Origin: an uncultured Poribacteria bacterium
GTDB taxonomy: Bacteria; Poribacteria; WGA-4E; WGA-3G
Direction of reading: 5' to 3'
Assembly (NCBI GenBank): GCA_958296135.2
Contig: CATQHZ020000001.1
Span: forward strand, 3,616,001-3,680,000
DNA length: 64,000 nt
Part shown: piece after piece, positions 15,953 through 26,829 of the stretch
How the letters are laid out: every line of letters starts with the position of its first letter
Numbering within the stretch: position 1 is the stretch's first letter
The notes under the pieces: generated by a model
Told to the model about the DNA's origin: nothing
Database searches by the model: none
Seen by the model: the letters and a program-made list of their open reading frames with translations, nothing else
Position numbers and translations under genes: made by a program

Positions 15953-17452
15953 CTAGACCGGTTTCCCCAACAAAACCTGCTCAACCGTTCGCAGCGTCTC
16001 GCGGTGCGCATCGTCAATCTGCGTTTGGCAGGTATAGATTTGCAACGCAATCTCGTTCAACTGTTCTTCAAACGCCTCGCGCATCCGATGCACTTCATCA
16101 GGAGAAGTCCCGCCGAGGCTGCGGTTGTTGCGGATGGCGAACGCCGCATCTAGAATCTGCTGCAGTTGCGAAATCGGAATCTCGATTCCTTTTTCCTTTA
16201 GCAGGCCCTGCGTTGCTGCCCAGTTAGCGAACGTCTTGTCTTGCTTCACCAATTCCCCGACGAGCCATCCGACAATCTCATGGCATTCTCGGAAACTGAT
16301 GTCGTGTTCTGTGACGAGATAGTTCGCCAATTCCGTCGCCGTTGCGAAGTTAGCGTTCGCCAATTCTGCCATCCGTTCCGCGCGGAAATCTGTCGTCTCA
16401 AGAAGTTCCGGTAGCACACCGAGGCACGCCTTGACGATATCAAACGCCTCCCACAGCGGCGGTTTGTCCTCCTGAAAATCGCGATTGTAGCCCATCGGCA
16501 ACCCCTTGAGATTTGTCAGGAGATCGAACAGGGCCCCATAGACGCGCCCTGTGCGCCCGCGTGTGAGTTCCGCGATGTCTGGGTTCTTTTTCTGCGGCAT
16601 GATGGAGCTCCCGAAACTATAGGCATCGTCAAGCACCGCCATCCCAAATTCATACGTCGTCCAATAGACAATCTCTTCGCTAATCCGAGACAGGTTCGCC
16701 ATCAGCAGCGACAGCGCAAAGAGCGTCTCGGCGATGAAGTCGCGACTGCTGATAACGTCAAGCGCGTGTTCGTGTGGTGCGTCAAAACCGAGCAGTTCTG
16801 TCGTGAGGTGCCGGTCGATGGGAAACGTCGTGCCAGCTAACGCGCACGCGCCGAGTGGGTTCGTATTCGCAAGCGCGTAAGCGGACAGCAACCGCTTCTG
16901 GTCCCGGAGGAACATGCTCACGTAGGCAGTCGCCCAAAAACCAAGGCTGATCGGCTGCGCGTGCTGCGTATGCGTATAGCCCGGCATCACGGTATCCGTA
17001 TGCTCTTCAGCAATCTTGAGAAACGCATCGCTGAGTGCGGAGAGACCGCGCTGAACGTTGAGGATTTCTTCCCGAATGTAGAGGCGCGCGTCCACAAGCA
17101 CCTGGTCATTTCGCGAGCGTGCGGTATGGAGTTTCCCGCCGAATTCGCGCCCCGCATTCTCAATGAGATACGATTCGACGTTCATGTGCACGTCCTCTTT
17201 ATTCGGCTCGAGCGTCAGAGTGCCGTTTTTGAAGTCTTCTTCCGCTTTGCAGAGCCAGCGTAAGATTTCGCCCAGGTCTTCGTCGGAGATGATGCCTTGC
17301 CGTGCGAGCATGATTGCATGCGCTTGGCTGCCCCAGATGTCGTATCCAATCAGGCGCGTGTCTGCCGCAACGGATTGCGTAAAGGCTACCGTCCCGGTGG
17401 TAAGAGCGGTGCTGAATCTGCCACCCCAGAGGGTTTTTTGTGGTGTTTCCAT
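15953..17452 (-). CDS. argH: Argininosuccinate lyase
   Basis: LWGGRF, EDVH, LHTARSRNDQ, MPGYTH, GSSIMPQKKNPD. Confidence 0.95.
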   Translation of the reverse strand: METPQKTLWGGRFSTALTTGTVAFTQSVAADTRLIGYDIWGSQAHAIMLARQGIISDEDLGEILRWLCKAEEDFKNGTLTLEPNKEDVHMNVESYLIENAGREFGGKLHTARSRNDQVLVDARLYIREEILNVQRGLSALSDAFLKIAEEHTDTVMPGYTHTQHAQPISLGFWATAYVSMFLRDQKRLLSAYALANTNPLGACALAGTTFPIDRHLTTELLGFDAPHEHALDVISSRDFIAETLFALSLLMANLSRISEEIVYWTTYEFGMAVLDDAYSFGSSIMPQKKNPDIAELTRGRTGRVYGALFDLLTNLKGLPMGYNRDFQEDKPPLWEAFDIVKACLGVLPELLETTDFRAERMAELANANFATATELANYLVTEHDISFRECHEIVGWLVGELVKQDKTFANWAATQGLLKEKGIEIPISQLQQILDAAFAIRNNRSLGGTSPDEVHRMREAFEEQLNEIALQIYTCQTQIDDAHRETLRTVEQVLLGKPV

Positions 17453-17458
17453 GATAAC

Positions 17459-17602
17459 TAAATGTCAAGAACGATCCCAGGCCCCCTGAGCGAAGTCCGG
17501 CGGTTCGCGCATCGGTTCCCAGGGCGGAATCTCAAGTTCCACGCCGCCGAACGGTTTGAACAGCGTATAGATTGCCGTGCCAAGGTCTGGCGTTCGTTTT
17601 CG
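17459..17602 (-). pseudogene. Relic of a FitA/StbC-like antitoxin C-terminus and the first codons of a PIN toxin
   Basis: Minus-strand translation DLGTAIYTLFKPFGGVELEIPPWEPMREPPDF with no start codon; an overlapping frame reads IVLDI-stop, like a VapC/FitB N-terminus. Confidence 0.55.
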
Positions 17603-17639
17603 ATATGATGAATCTCCCGCGCCACGAACAATAGGGGCG

Positions 17640-18500
17640 TTATCTCACCGCCGACGGCCGGCGCGGCGACATCGGTTGGATAATCTTCCGCTGATCTGGA
17701 GTCAGCCGTGCCAATAACTCAGCCGAATGCGGATAGTCAAACCGCTCGCGGACGTACCTCGGCGAATAGCGGTAGACAATCGAGCGGCGATACCCCGGAT
17801 TAGTGCGTTCCGCCGAACCGTGCGTAATCGCATCCGTGAACATCACCACATCGCCGGCCTTCAGATAGATTTCCTTCGTCGCGACAGCAGTCCCTGCAGG
17901 TTTGCCGCTCACGCCATCGTAAACCAAGCCTTTGCCATCAACTTCCAAGCGCGGGTGAATCTCCGTGCATTTGTGGCTACTCGGCACCAGCACCGGCGCG
18001 CCATCCCCGGGTCCGATGTCGTTGAGTGCCATCAGCACGTTAATCTGCCCAACCATCCACTCGCCGGTGTTCTCCTGCCGGAAAGTGAGGTAACTCAATG
18101 GGACATGTCCGCCGCAGTGGATGTGGATAAAACCCCCTTTACCGCGAACATTCAGGAAATTCTCGTGGATGGAAAGCCCGTTGACTTCGGAATGGATGTA
18201 TTTCCGGACGAGACGAATCCACGCCGGATGATCGATCAGTTTCTGGAAGACATCGCCACCCTCAATGATATTCTGAAAATTCACGCCGTTTTCGACATTG
18301 TAGGTGTGCGTCTCAATATTGCCGAGCCAGCGGGGAATCCGGCTGTTTTCGGCGTTGTCCGTTTCCCACGGGGTTTCCACATATTCCCAGTGTGCATCGA
18401 TCCAGCCGTTGATTGCACCCAGGTCTTCCGCGGAGAGCGCGTTTTCTAAGATGAGATATCCCTGCAGGTCGAAGAGATAGTCTTGTAAATCTTGGCTCAT
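17640..18500 (-). CDS. Phytanoyl-CoA dioxygenase (PhyH)-family protein
   Basis: YLFDLQGYLILENALS, GPGDGAPVLVPSSHK, AGDVVMFTDAITHG, RRSIVYRY. AGGAG RBS before ATG 18500. Confidence 0.85.
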   Translation of the reverse strand: MSQDLQDYLFDLQGYLILENALSAEDLGAINGWIDAHWEYVETPWETDNAENSRIPRWLGNIETHTYNVENGVNFQNIIEGGDVFQKLIDHPAWIRLVRKYIHSEVNGLSIHENFLNVRGKGGFIHIHCGGHVPLSYLTFRQENTGEWMVGQINVLMALNDIGPGDGAPVLVPSSHKCTEIHPRLEVDGKGLVYDGVSGKPAGTAVATKEIYLKAGDVVMFTDAITHGSAERTNPGYRRSIVYRYSPRYVRERFDYPHSAELLARLTPDQRKIIQPMSPRRPSAVR

Positions 18501-18601
18501 GCTTTTGCTCCTATGATACCAAATCAATATCAATAGTGCTCTTCTGTCCGGCGAGCTCGCCCTATTTGAAAGCGGGCGAGCTCAAACTATGTCCTAAATC
18601 G

Positions 18602-19402
18602 TTAGAGATAGGCATCCAATTCCGCTGGTGTTGGTTTCGGTGTGGAGATGCCGTCTTCGGGAACTTCCACCTGCGCTGTCCATGCGATAGCGTTGAGGAT
18701 GAACTTGCGGAGCCGGTCATCCGCCCAATTGCTGTGCAGGTGTCCGCCGGTAAATCCGAAGCCGCGGCCACCATCGGCGCGCTCCACGCCCCATGCGAGG
18801 TGCTGCGGTTCACCGTTCGCGACAGATTGACGCACGTGCGGGTTACCGCTGTGGGGGCCATCCGGTCTGGCAAGCGTCGATGCCGGCGCGATCGCACTCA
18901 GCAGCGGCATTACGCCCTGCATATTCTCACGGAACCGCATGTGATAATACCACTCATCCTCTAACGTAAACGGCTCTAGCCCGCGCGTTGTCGGGTGTTC
19001 CGGGAACGAGGTGAACGCCGCTGTCCAATACGGATTGACAGAGAGATGCGTCTCAAAGTAACCGCCGATCCAGTCTAGGAAGCGTTCCCCCGGTTCGCCT
19101 TTCGGCACTTCAACGGCATAGTGCAACATCGCGATGCCGATGCCCTTATCCGCCAATTCAGAAATCTGCGCGAGGTGTGGGATGCAGAGGTGCCTCGCGC
19201 CGCCATCTGAATAAACAATGACAGCGGCCGTATCCTCAAAAGCGGCGGCATCGGTTGGCCAGCCTTGATAGACAACGGCTTCGACATCTGCCGCGGTTTT
19301 ATTGAGCAAATCAGCGAGGAGGTTGCATCCGCCGGGGTGCTCATGCGCGCCGCCGCCGTGGCTCGCCTTCCCTGCCACCATAACGATTCGTTTTTTTGAC
19401 AT
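18602..19402 (-). CDS. ThuA-like domain protein
   Basis: AGKASHGGGAHEH, YSDGG, HPTTRG, DEWYY, GRGFGFTGGH. Confidence 0.8.
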   Translation of the reverse strand: MSKKRIVMVAGKASHGGGAHEHPGGCNLLADLLNKTAADVEAVVYQGWPTDAAAFEDTAAVIVYSDGGARHLCIPHLAQISELADKGIGIAMLHYAVEVPKGEPGERFLDWIGGYFETHLSVNPYWTAAFTSFPEHPTTRGLEPFTLEDEWYYHMRFRENMQGVMPLLSAIAPASTLARPDGPHSGNPHVRQSVANGEPQHLAWGVERADGGRGFGFTGGHLHSNWADDRLRKFILNAIAWTAQVEVPEDGISTPKPTPAELDAYL

Positions 19403-19591
19403 ACTTTCTCCTTTGTTGGGAATATTTGATAGTTTATCACATCTCTCGGTTTTTTGCCATGAATTTTTATTCATTGACAATCCGACGCAAAACCGCTAAA
19501 ATAGTTTCTAAATTCCTAGACAGACGCACGGCGAGGCACAGGGACAGGCACAGGCCCTCGCCCTACGGTGAAAATAGCAAGGAGCACCACA

Positions 19592-20440
19592 ATGGAAAAA
19601 CTCGCAATCGTTGATACACATGTCCACCTCTGGCACCCGGCACACCTCAGATACCCATGGCTGGAGGACGTGCCACTGCTCAACAAACCTTATCTGCTAG
19701 AAGATTACACCGCCGCGCACGGAGAACTGCCGGTTGAGGCAATGGTTTTCGTGCAGTGCGATACGCATCCCGATGACGGATTGAAGGAGACAGCGTGGGT
19801 AACCTCTCTCGCCGAGGCAGACCCGCGTATTCAAGGCATCGTGGCTTGGGCACCGCTAGAGGAAGGCGAACGCGTAGCCCCGTTTGTCGAGAAACTAGCC
19901 GAGAACTCACTCGTCAAAGGCATTCGCCGCCTCATCCAATCCGAAAGCGTTGACTTCTGCATCCAACCCGACTTCGTGCGCGGTGTCAAAACCCTCGCCG
20001 ACTACGGGTTGAACTTCGACCTCTGTATCTTCCATCCGCAATTCGCCAATACGATTCGGCTGGTAGCGCAGTGCCCGGAAATCCAATTTATCTTGGATCA
20101 CATCGGCAAACCCGATATCAAGAATCAACTGTTTGAACCGTGGAAGCAGGAAATAAAGACGCTGTCGGAATTCCCGAACGTCCATTGCAAAGTCTCAGGG
20201 TTGGTGACAGAGGCACATCACGGGGCGTGGACACCCGCGCATTTGCAGCCCTATATTGAGCACGTTATCGCCTGCTTCGGTTTTGAAAGGGTGATATATG
20301 GCAGCGATTGGCCCGTCTCAACGCAAGCCTCGACGTATCCGCGCTGGGTGCAGACGTTGCAGGATGCGGTTTCGGGGTGCTCAGCACAGGAAATGAGAAA
20401 CCTGTTTCGTGAGAATGCGGTGAAGTTTTATCGGTTGTAA
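19592..20440 (+). CDS. Amidohydrolase_2 family (L-fuconolactonase-like)
   Basis: IVDTHVHLW, ILDHIGKP, CKVSGL, YGSDWP, ENAVKFYRL. Confidence 0.88.
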   Translation: MEKLAIVDTHVHLWHPAHLRYPWLEDVPLLNKPYLLEDYTAAHGELPVEAMVFVQCDTHPDDGLKETAWVTSLAEADPRIQGIVAWAPLEEGERVAPFVEKLAENSLVKGIRRLIQSESVDFCIQPDFVRGVKTLADYGLNFDLCIFHPQFANTIRLVAQCPEIQFILDHIGKPDIKNQLFEPWKQEIKTLSEFPNVHCKVSGLVTEAHHGAWTPAHLQPYIEHVIACFGFERVIYGSDWPVSTQASTYPRWVQTLQDAVSGCSAQEMRNLFRENAVKFYRL

Positions 20441-20625
20441 TACCAAATTCACCTGAGTCGTTCAGGCTCGCAACCCGCCGATGCTAGTGACATCGGGAGC
20501 CCGAACGTGGCAAGACCGGGCGGGCTCTTGCCACGGTGCCCGCGGGGGACAGGCCCCCGCACTACGTGCCAAAGAGGTTACGGTAGGACCCGGGCGAGCC
20601 CTACCTACAAGGAAATAGAGCCGGT

Positions 20626-22860
20626 TTACCCTTTCGCCTTTACCTCGCGGCGGCGGGGATGCAGCACGAACTCTGTATAGCCGTTCGGCACTTCGCACCC
20701 TTTGAAAACCAGATCCAAGGCTGCCTGAAACGCAATGCTCTCGGCATAATTCGGCGACATATTCCGATATGCCGAGTCTCCCGCGTTCTGCGAATCGACG
20801 ACTGCCGCCATTCGTGCAAACGTCTCTGTAACCTGAGACTCGGTGACGATGCCGTGGCGCAGCCAATTCGCAATATGCTGACTCGATATCCGCAGCGTCG
20901 CCCGGTCTTCCATCAAACCGACGTTGTGGATATCCGGGATTTTTGAACAGCCTATACCCTGGTCTACCCATCGCACGACGTAGCCGAGAATGCCCTGCAC
21001 ATTGTTATCCAACTCGGACTGGATATCCCCGGCTGGCACCTCGCGTTCGCCCAAGAGGGGCGGTGTCAGCAAGTCAGCCAGACTCGCGCGGCCTCGCGCG
21101 GACAGTTCCTCTAACCGCTTCGCAACGTTGACTCGGTGGTAGTGCATCGCGTGGAGCGTCGCCGCTGTGGGAGAAGGCACCCATGCTGTCGTCGCACCCG
21201 CCTGCGGATGATTCACCTTCGTCTCAAGCATCTCCGCCATTTCATCGGGTTTCGTCCACATCCCCTTCCCTATCTGGGCGGTGCCGGGCAATCCCGTCTC
21301 AATGCCAATATCGACGTTCCAATCTTCATAAGCACGCATCCACGGTTCGTTGCGGATGTCCATCTTAGGAATCACCGCGCCCGCTTCCATGCTGGTATGG
21401 ATTTCATCGCCGGTCCTATCCAAGAACCCGGTGTTGATAAAGACGATGCGCGCCTTCGCCTGTCTGATGCATTCCTTGAGGTTGACGGTGGTGCGCCGCT
21501 CCTCGTCCATAATCCCGATCTTTATGGTATTTCGCGCGAGCCCGAGCGCGCCCTCTATCCGCTCAAACAGTCGCACCGTGAACGCGACTTCTTCAGGACC
21601 GTGGAACTTCGGCTTGACGATGTAAACGCTGCCTGTACGGCTATTCGTGAAATCGCCGTTTCCCTGAAGATCATGCATGGCGGCAAACGTCGTCACCATC
21701 GCATCTAAAAACCCCTCCGGGATTTCCTCGCCATCTGCAGTCGTGACAGCATCCGTATAAATATGGAGTCCTACGTTCCGAATCAGGAGGAGACTGCGCC
21801 CGGGCAACGTCAACGTGCTTCCATCCGGCGCGGTGAACGTCTTATCCGGTGCCAAGCGGCGCGTGAGCGGCTTGCCGTTTTTCTCAAATGTCGTCTCCAG
21901 CGTGCCTCGCATGATGCCGTTCCAGTTACGATAGACTTGGACTTTATCGGCGGCATCCACAGCGGCGACAGAGTCCTCACAGTCCTGAATTGTCGTTATC
22001 GCCGATTCCAGAATCACATCAACTACGCCAGCGGGGTGCGCCTTCCCAACGGGATGCCCCCGGTCCAGCCGCACCTCAATGTGCAACCCGTTGTTTTGGA
22101 ATAGAATCGCGGTGAGTGCCTCTCCAACTTGCACGAAACCGACGAATTTATCGACACCCGCTAAGCCTACCTCGCTGCCATCGTTAAGGCGCGCGCGCAA
22201 CTGTTGTCTCATCGCCTTACTGCCCGATGAGCGCGGGCCTGTCCCTCGCCCATCGGGAACCGGTTCAACGGTTTTGAGCGAAAACTGCGTAACGTCAGAG
22301 AAACTTCCCGATTCAAGCCCGATTGCTTCGTCTAAAAACTTCTCCGTTTCAGCAATGACGCTGACCCCTCGGATGGGGTTATAGTCGGTGCCGCGAGTCG
22401 CGCCATTTTCCTCGCTGATAACATCGGTACCGTAGAGCGCGTCATAGAGACTGCCCCATCGGGCGTTCGCGGCGTTGAGCGCGTAGCGGGCATTATCTGT
22501 CGGCACGACGAGTTGCGGCCCTGATATTGTGGCGATTTCCGCGTCAACGTTCTCTGTCGTCACACGGAAATCCTCGCCTTCCGGGATTAGATACCCGATT
22601 TCGGCAAGGAATACTGAATACGCCTCGCTGTCCATCGGTTCACCCTTCCGCGCGAGGTGCCACGCATCAATCTGCCGCTGAATTGCATCGCGTTTATCCA
22701 AGAGGGCGCGGTTTTCGGGTGCCATCGCCGTGACGATGTCACTGAACGCTTCCCAGAACGCATCCGCTTCGATACCGGTGCCCAGCGCAATCTCGTCTCT
22801 CACCAATGCATATAAACCTTCATCGACTTTGAGATTCCCGATTTCAACTCGGTTTCCCAT
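20626..22860 (-). CDS. glcB: Malate synthase G
   Basis: [61 protein letters not shown]. Confidence 0.95.
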   Translation of the reverse strand: MGNRVEIGNLKVDEGLYALVRDEIALGTGIEADAFWEAFSDIVTAMAPENRALLDKRDAIQRQIDAWHLARKGEPMDSEAYSVFLAEIGYLIPEGEDFRVTTENVDAEIATISGPQLVVPTDNARYALNAANARWGSLYDALYGTDVISEENGATRGTDYNPIRGVSVIAETEKFLDEAIGLESGSFSDVTQFSLKTVEPVPDGRGTGPRSSGSKAMRQQLRARLNDGSEVGLAGVDKFVGFVQVGEALTAILFQNNGLHIEVRLDRGHPVGKAHPAGVVDVILESAITTIQDCEDSVAAVDAADKVQVYRNWNGIMRGTLETTFEKNGKPLTRRLAPDKTFTAPDGSTLTLPGRSLLLIRNVGLHIYTDAVTTADGEEIPEGFLDAMVTTFAAMHDLQGNGDFTNSRTGSVYIVKPKFHGPEEVAFTVRLFERIEGALGLARNTIKIGIMDEERRTTVNLKECIRQAKARIVFINTGFLDRTGDEIHTSMEAGAVIPKMDIRNEPWMRAYEDWNVDIGIETGLPGTAQIGKGMWTKPDEMAEMLETKVNHPQAGATTAWVPSPTAATLHAMHYHRVNVAKRLEELSARGRASLADLLTPPLLGEREVPAGDIQSELDNNVQGILGYVVRWVDQGIGCSKIPDIHNVGLMEDRATLRISSQHIANWLRHGIVTESQVTETFARMAAVVDSQNAGDSAYRNMSPNYAESIAFQAALDLVFKGCEVPNGYTEFVLHPRRREVKAKG

Positions 22861-23167
22861 GCTAACTCTCCATGTTCGTTCGGAATTTGCGTCAATTATA
22901 GTCAGAAATCCTTAGTGTGTCAACTGTTTTTTACAGCAGCATTTCACACCGTAGGGCGAGGGCCGTTATCCCCAATCGCCGAGGGTTTCCCTCGCTGTGC
23001 AACGAGCTCACCCAAAACCGTTCTCGCCCAAGGACAGGCCCCCGCGCTCCGAGCCAAGGGACGTTTGTTGGAACAATCAAAACTACAGACAAATTCTTGC
23101 GAATATCTCGCGCGCGTGCTATAATCAAAATAACTAAATTCACAAGTAAAAGGATTCATAACGCGAC

Positions 23168-24247
23168 ATGAAAATCGGAATTATTGGCTGTGGAACGATT
23201 AGCAGTGCCTACTTTGGGGGCGCGCAGAAAACGGATATTTTAGAAATCAAGGCATGCGCAGATCTTCGCAGGGAAGCCGCCCAAGCGCAGGCAGAAAGAT
23301 ACGGATGCCAAGCACTCACCGTCGACGAACTCCTCGCCGATTCGGAGATTGAACTCGTCGTCAATCTGACTATTCCGCGAGCGCACGTGGAAGTCGGACT
23401 GCAGGTACTGGAAGCCGGCAAACATGTCTATTCCGAAAAACCGCTCGGCGTGGACGTTGAAAGTGGAAAGCAACTCATTGCACTTGCAGCGGAGAAGGGA
23501 TGCCGCGTCGGTGCTGCCCCCGATACGTTTCTCGGCGCGGGCATCCAGACTTCTCGGCAGGCACTGGACGCAGGGGCAATCGGCAGCCCTATCGCAGGCA
23601 CCGCATTTATGTGCGGGCACGGACACGAAAGCTGGCACCCGAACCCTGCCTTCTATTACGACATTGGCGGCGGACCGATGTTAGACATGGGCCCTTACTA
23701 CGTCACCGCTTTGGTGAACCTCCTCGGGCCCGTTAAGCGTGTCGCGGCAATTACGGCGAAGACGTTTGAGGAACGCATCGCGACAAGTGAAGCGGTAAAA
23801 GGGTTACGCATCCCTGTCAAAACGACGACGCACCTCACCGGCACGATGGAATTTCACAACGGCGCAATTATCACGATGATCATGAGTTTTGATATGTGGC
23901 GGCACAGTTTGCCGTGCATCGAAATCTACGGTGAAACGGGCTCGATGCAAGTCCCCGATCCAAACGGATTCGGCGGAACGGTGAACGTTGCATCGGCGCG
24001 CGAAGGATGGGAGTCGGTGCCGCTCGCCTTTCCCAACAATGCGCGCATGATAGGCGTAATTGATATGGTAGCCGCAATTCAGGCGGGCCGCGTGCATCGC
24101 GCAAACGGAGATTTAGCATATCACGTGCTAGAGGTGATGCTCGCTTTTGACAAGTCCTCTGAAACTAGCGCGCATGTTAATATAGAGAGCACCACGGAGC
24201 GTCCTGCACCGCTGCCAACCGGTCTGCAGGAGTGGACGGTCGCATAA
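23168..24247 (+). CDS. Gfo/Idh/MocA-family oxidoreductase
   Basis: KIGIIGCG, GKHVYSEKP, APDTFLG, GGGPMLDMGPYY. Confidence 0.9.
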   Translation: MKIGIIGCGTISSAYFGGAQKTDILEIKACADLRREAAQAQAERYGCQALTVDELLADSEIELVVNLTIPRAHVEVGLQVLEAGKHVYSEKPLGVDVESGKQLIALAAEKGCRVGAAPDTFLGAGIQTSRQALDAGAIGSPIAGTAFMCGHGHESWHPNPAFYYDIGGGPMLDMGPYYVTALVNLLGPVKRVAAITAKTFEERIATSEAVKGLRIPVKTTTHLTGTMEFHNGAIITMIMSFDMWRHSLPCIEIYGETGSMQVPDPNGFGGTVNVASAREGWESVPLAFPNNARMIGVIDMVAAIQAGRVHRANGDLAYHVLEVMLAFDKSSETSAHVNIESTTERPAPLPTGLQEWTVA

Positions 24248-24274
24248 TCGCCCATCCCACCACTGCCACCGCCA

Positions 24275-24463
24275 CCGTAGGGCGAGGGAAAACCTGTCTC
24301 TCGCGAGCGTTCTGGGGGAGATCGGCACATGGCGGGACAGGCCCCCGCCCTACGGTGAATAGATGAACGAGCGCGAGGGAAAACCTGTCTCTCGCGAGCG
24401 TTCTGGGGGAGATCGGCACATGGCGGGGGACAGGCCCCCGCCCTACGGTGAATAGATGAACGA
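24275..24463. repeat. Tandem duplication (~91-nt unit) of a REP doublet (BIME-like)
   Basis: GCGAGGGAAAACCTGTCTCTCGCG..GACAGGCCCCCGCCCTACGGTGAATAGATGAACGA at 24282 and 24373, between convergent genes. Confidence 0.85.
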
Positions 24464-24500
24464 TAGGGATAAGGTTTTGAACGCCCGCGGCCCCCCTTCC

Positions 24501-26411
24501 TCATAAATTAATCGTAATATACGTCTCCAACCCAAACACGATCGCCACCGTCCCCCAAAACGTCGTCACCACAAACTCACCGAGCACCAGCCCGAGGAAA
24601 AACGGTGCCGCCCTCCTGAAACCCCCGATGCCGCCGTGTTTTGTAATCACCCACTTCAGCACGAAACTGACAAGAAGCGAGAACCAGAAGAAGTTCATCG
24701 TGAAAGTGCTGGTGACAGCATAACCGGCGGCGTGAAACGGAAACCACATCCACCGTCCGCGCAGGAACGCTAAAAGCACGGCGACAAGCGTTCCGACGCT
24801 GACCGCGCCGATAACCGCGGTGTCTGCTCCTGCCGGCTGCGTCAGCCTTCTGCCGAGCCGCTCAAACGTCTCTCTGCCTGCCCACGCCGTGTAAACGCCA
24901 TCTTGGTAAGAGACGTGCAGATACGCCCAAATCGCCGCAACGATGCCGACACCGATGGCGACAATTATCGCGATGGCGAATTTTCGCCCAGAATTCTGGC
25001 TGTCAATGCGGGCGCGCTCCGCAATTTTCAATCCTTCCAAGTGATGCGGCATCAATAGGCAGTCGTAGGCGCGGTTGAAAAAGTAGAGATAGGCAAGCCC
25101 TGTCATGTTGCTCGCGCCGAGTCGCTTCGCGCCGAACATAGAATACATCATCCGGTCGGGACCGGCATAGTGCTGGTCATGGACAGGAGAGCCGAGTTCA
25201 GCGCGCATCCGTGTAATCCCCGTAGCCAATGCGAAAAATAGCGCGAAGAACGTCGCGATTACCCACAACGACATCCCCATCTTATAGCAAAATCCCACCA
25301 GAAAAGCGAGGCTGAGCAGCAGCCATACCACCGCTGCGCGATAAGAAATCGGTTCTCGCGAATCTGTTGTCGCCGCACGCCTGCTAAAAATTGTTCGCAC
25401 TACCTGCATCAGATACCGGCGCGCACTCCAGACAGCGACGAGCCCAATGCCGATATACGCACCGAAAGACTGCTCGGCTGCGTAAGGGAATTGCGGCGCG
25501 AACCCGAGCGCGCTGCCTAGCACGCGCAGCAGTTGCCAATAGAGATAAAAAAACCAGCACGAGAACGACAACTCTAGCGGCATGAAAAACGCCAATCCAA
25601 CGGCGAACGGATAAATGCCGACAGGCAGCCAGTTAATCGCGTTCCACGGACGCGTGGTAAAGAAATCGGCGATGTCATACGCGCGGATACCGCTGAGACG
25701 CGGCACTTGCGGAAAGAGGTAGTTGAGCCCGTTGAGCAGATCGATGCCCGCGGCGATGCCGAACCCAATCCACATCGCGCGGCTGCGGAAAAAGCCGCTC
25801 CTCGGATTCGCCATAGCCAGCGGCAACTGAATCAGCGGATAACTCAACTTCTCGTTCTCTGTCCACTGCTTACGGAAAATGAAATTGATGGAGAGCATCA
25901 CCGAGAACAGCGCGACGAGGAAGAGCCCCCACCACACCAGCGGCGTTATCCACGCTTCAAAGTACCGGTAAAACGTCGAACCACCGCCGAAGAACTCCGT
26001 GAGCGCGCGTTTATCGGTGACTGATGTCCATGACGGAATGTAGTGCCAAAAAAGCGATTGCCAATCGTTTTCCGGTGTCGCGAAGGCGGAAACGTATCCG
26101 ATGATAGGGATAAGAATCTGCACGCACATGTGCCCGCCGATAGCAGTGGAGAGGCAGAGCATGACGTAAATCGTCAGCAATTCGGCAGGCGAGAGCGCGA
26201 GGCGCGGGGCAACTTTTTGGGAGAGGCGATTGACAGCGGTTAAGACGAACAGCAGCGTAACCGTGTTGTAAAGCAGCGAGATCATCGACATGTGCGCGAT
26301 GTCCCAGCGGAGGCCCATCATCTGCCAGATTGCGTTAAGTGGGATAAGGAGAAGCCCGATGCCTACCGCCTTCAAACTGAGCGGAGGAAACCGGTCTGTC
26401 GCGTTTCGCAT
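24501..26411 (-). CDS. Polytopic membrane protein, putative peptide transporter (DUF6785/OPT-like)
   Basis: Many TM segments with ELLTIYVM, FRKQW..EKLSYPL.QLP, RMRAELG, WFPFH.AGY, PFFLGLVLGEF. Confidence 0.7.
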   Translation of the reverse strand: MRNATDRFPPLSLKAVGIGLLLIPLNAIWQMMGLRWDIAHMSMISLLYNTVTLLFVLTAVNRLSQKVAPRLALSPAELLTIYVMLCLSTAIGGHMCVQILIPIIGYVSAFATPENDWQSLFWHYIPSWTSVTDKRALTEFFGGGSTFYRYFEAWITPLVWWGLFLVALFSVMLSINFIFRKQWTENEKLSYPLIQLPLAMANPRSGFFRSRAMWIGFGIAAGIDLLNGLNYLFPQVPRLSGIRAYDIADFFTTRPWNAINWLPVGIYPFAVGLAFFMPLELSFSCWFFYLYWQLLRVLGSALGFAPQFPYAAEQSFGAYIGIGLVAVWSARRYLMQVVRTIFSRRAATTDSREPISYRAAVVWLLLSLAFLVGFCYKMGMSLWVIATFFALFFALATGITRMRAELGSPVHDQHYAGPDRMMYSMFGAKRLGASNMTGLAYLYFFNRAYDCLLMPHHLEGLKIAERARIDSQNSGRKFAIAIIVAIGVGIVAAIWAYLHVSYQDGVYTAWAGRETFERLGRRLTQPAGADTAVIGAVSVGTLVAVLLAFLRGRWMWFPFHAAGYAVTSTFTMNFFWFSLLVSFVLKWVITKHGGIGGFRRAAPFFLGLVLGEFVVTTFWGTVAIVFGLETYITINL

Positions 26412-26428
26412 TATAGTCCTGCCAACAA

Positions 26429-26652
26429 AAACCCTCTCTTTTCACCGCAGCGCGGGAGCCGCGACGATGTCGTTGTTTGAGTGGTCCGCTGCCACCGGCA
26501 CGGAAACCCTCTCTTTTCACCGGAGCGCGGGAGCCTGTCTCCCGCAATCTCTCGGCCAATGTCGTTGTTTGAGTGGTCCGCTGCCACCGGCACGGAAACT
26601 CTCTCTTTTCACCGTAGCGCGGGAGCCTGTCTCCCGCGATCTCTCGACCGTA
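26429..26652. repeat. Tandem repeats containing family-A REP palindromes
   Basis: Three copies of AAAC.CTCTCTTTTCACCG.AGCGCGGGAGCC (about 26429, 26505, 26596) and two of ATGTCGTTGTTTGAGTGGTCCGCTGCCACCGGCACGG. Confidence 0.85.
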
Positions 26653-26829
26653 ACGAAAAAGGGAGCTGTGGATATAGACTGCATTATACACGAAATGCGA
26701 ATTGGGGTCAAGTTTTTAGGGTGTGATTTTGTTCATTTGAGGGAGGTGGCACTGACATCTTGGGCTCAAGCGGCTTTTCATTTTAGGTTAATGACATCAT
26801 GATAGTATTCTGACGAAAAATGAACTTTT

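Noticed and set aside
26429-26652. Degenerate extension of the CRISPR array
   Set aside because: Units share no sequence with the CRISPR repeat and have identical rather than unique intervening DNA; they are REP tandem copies.
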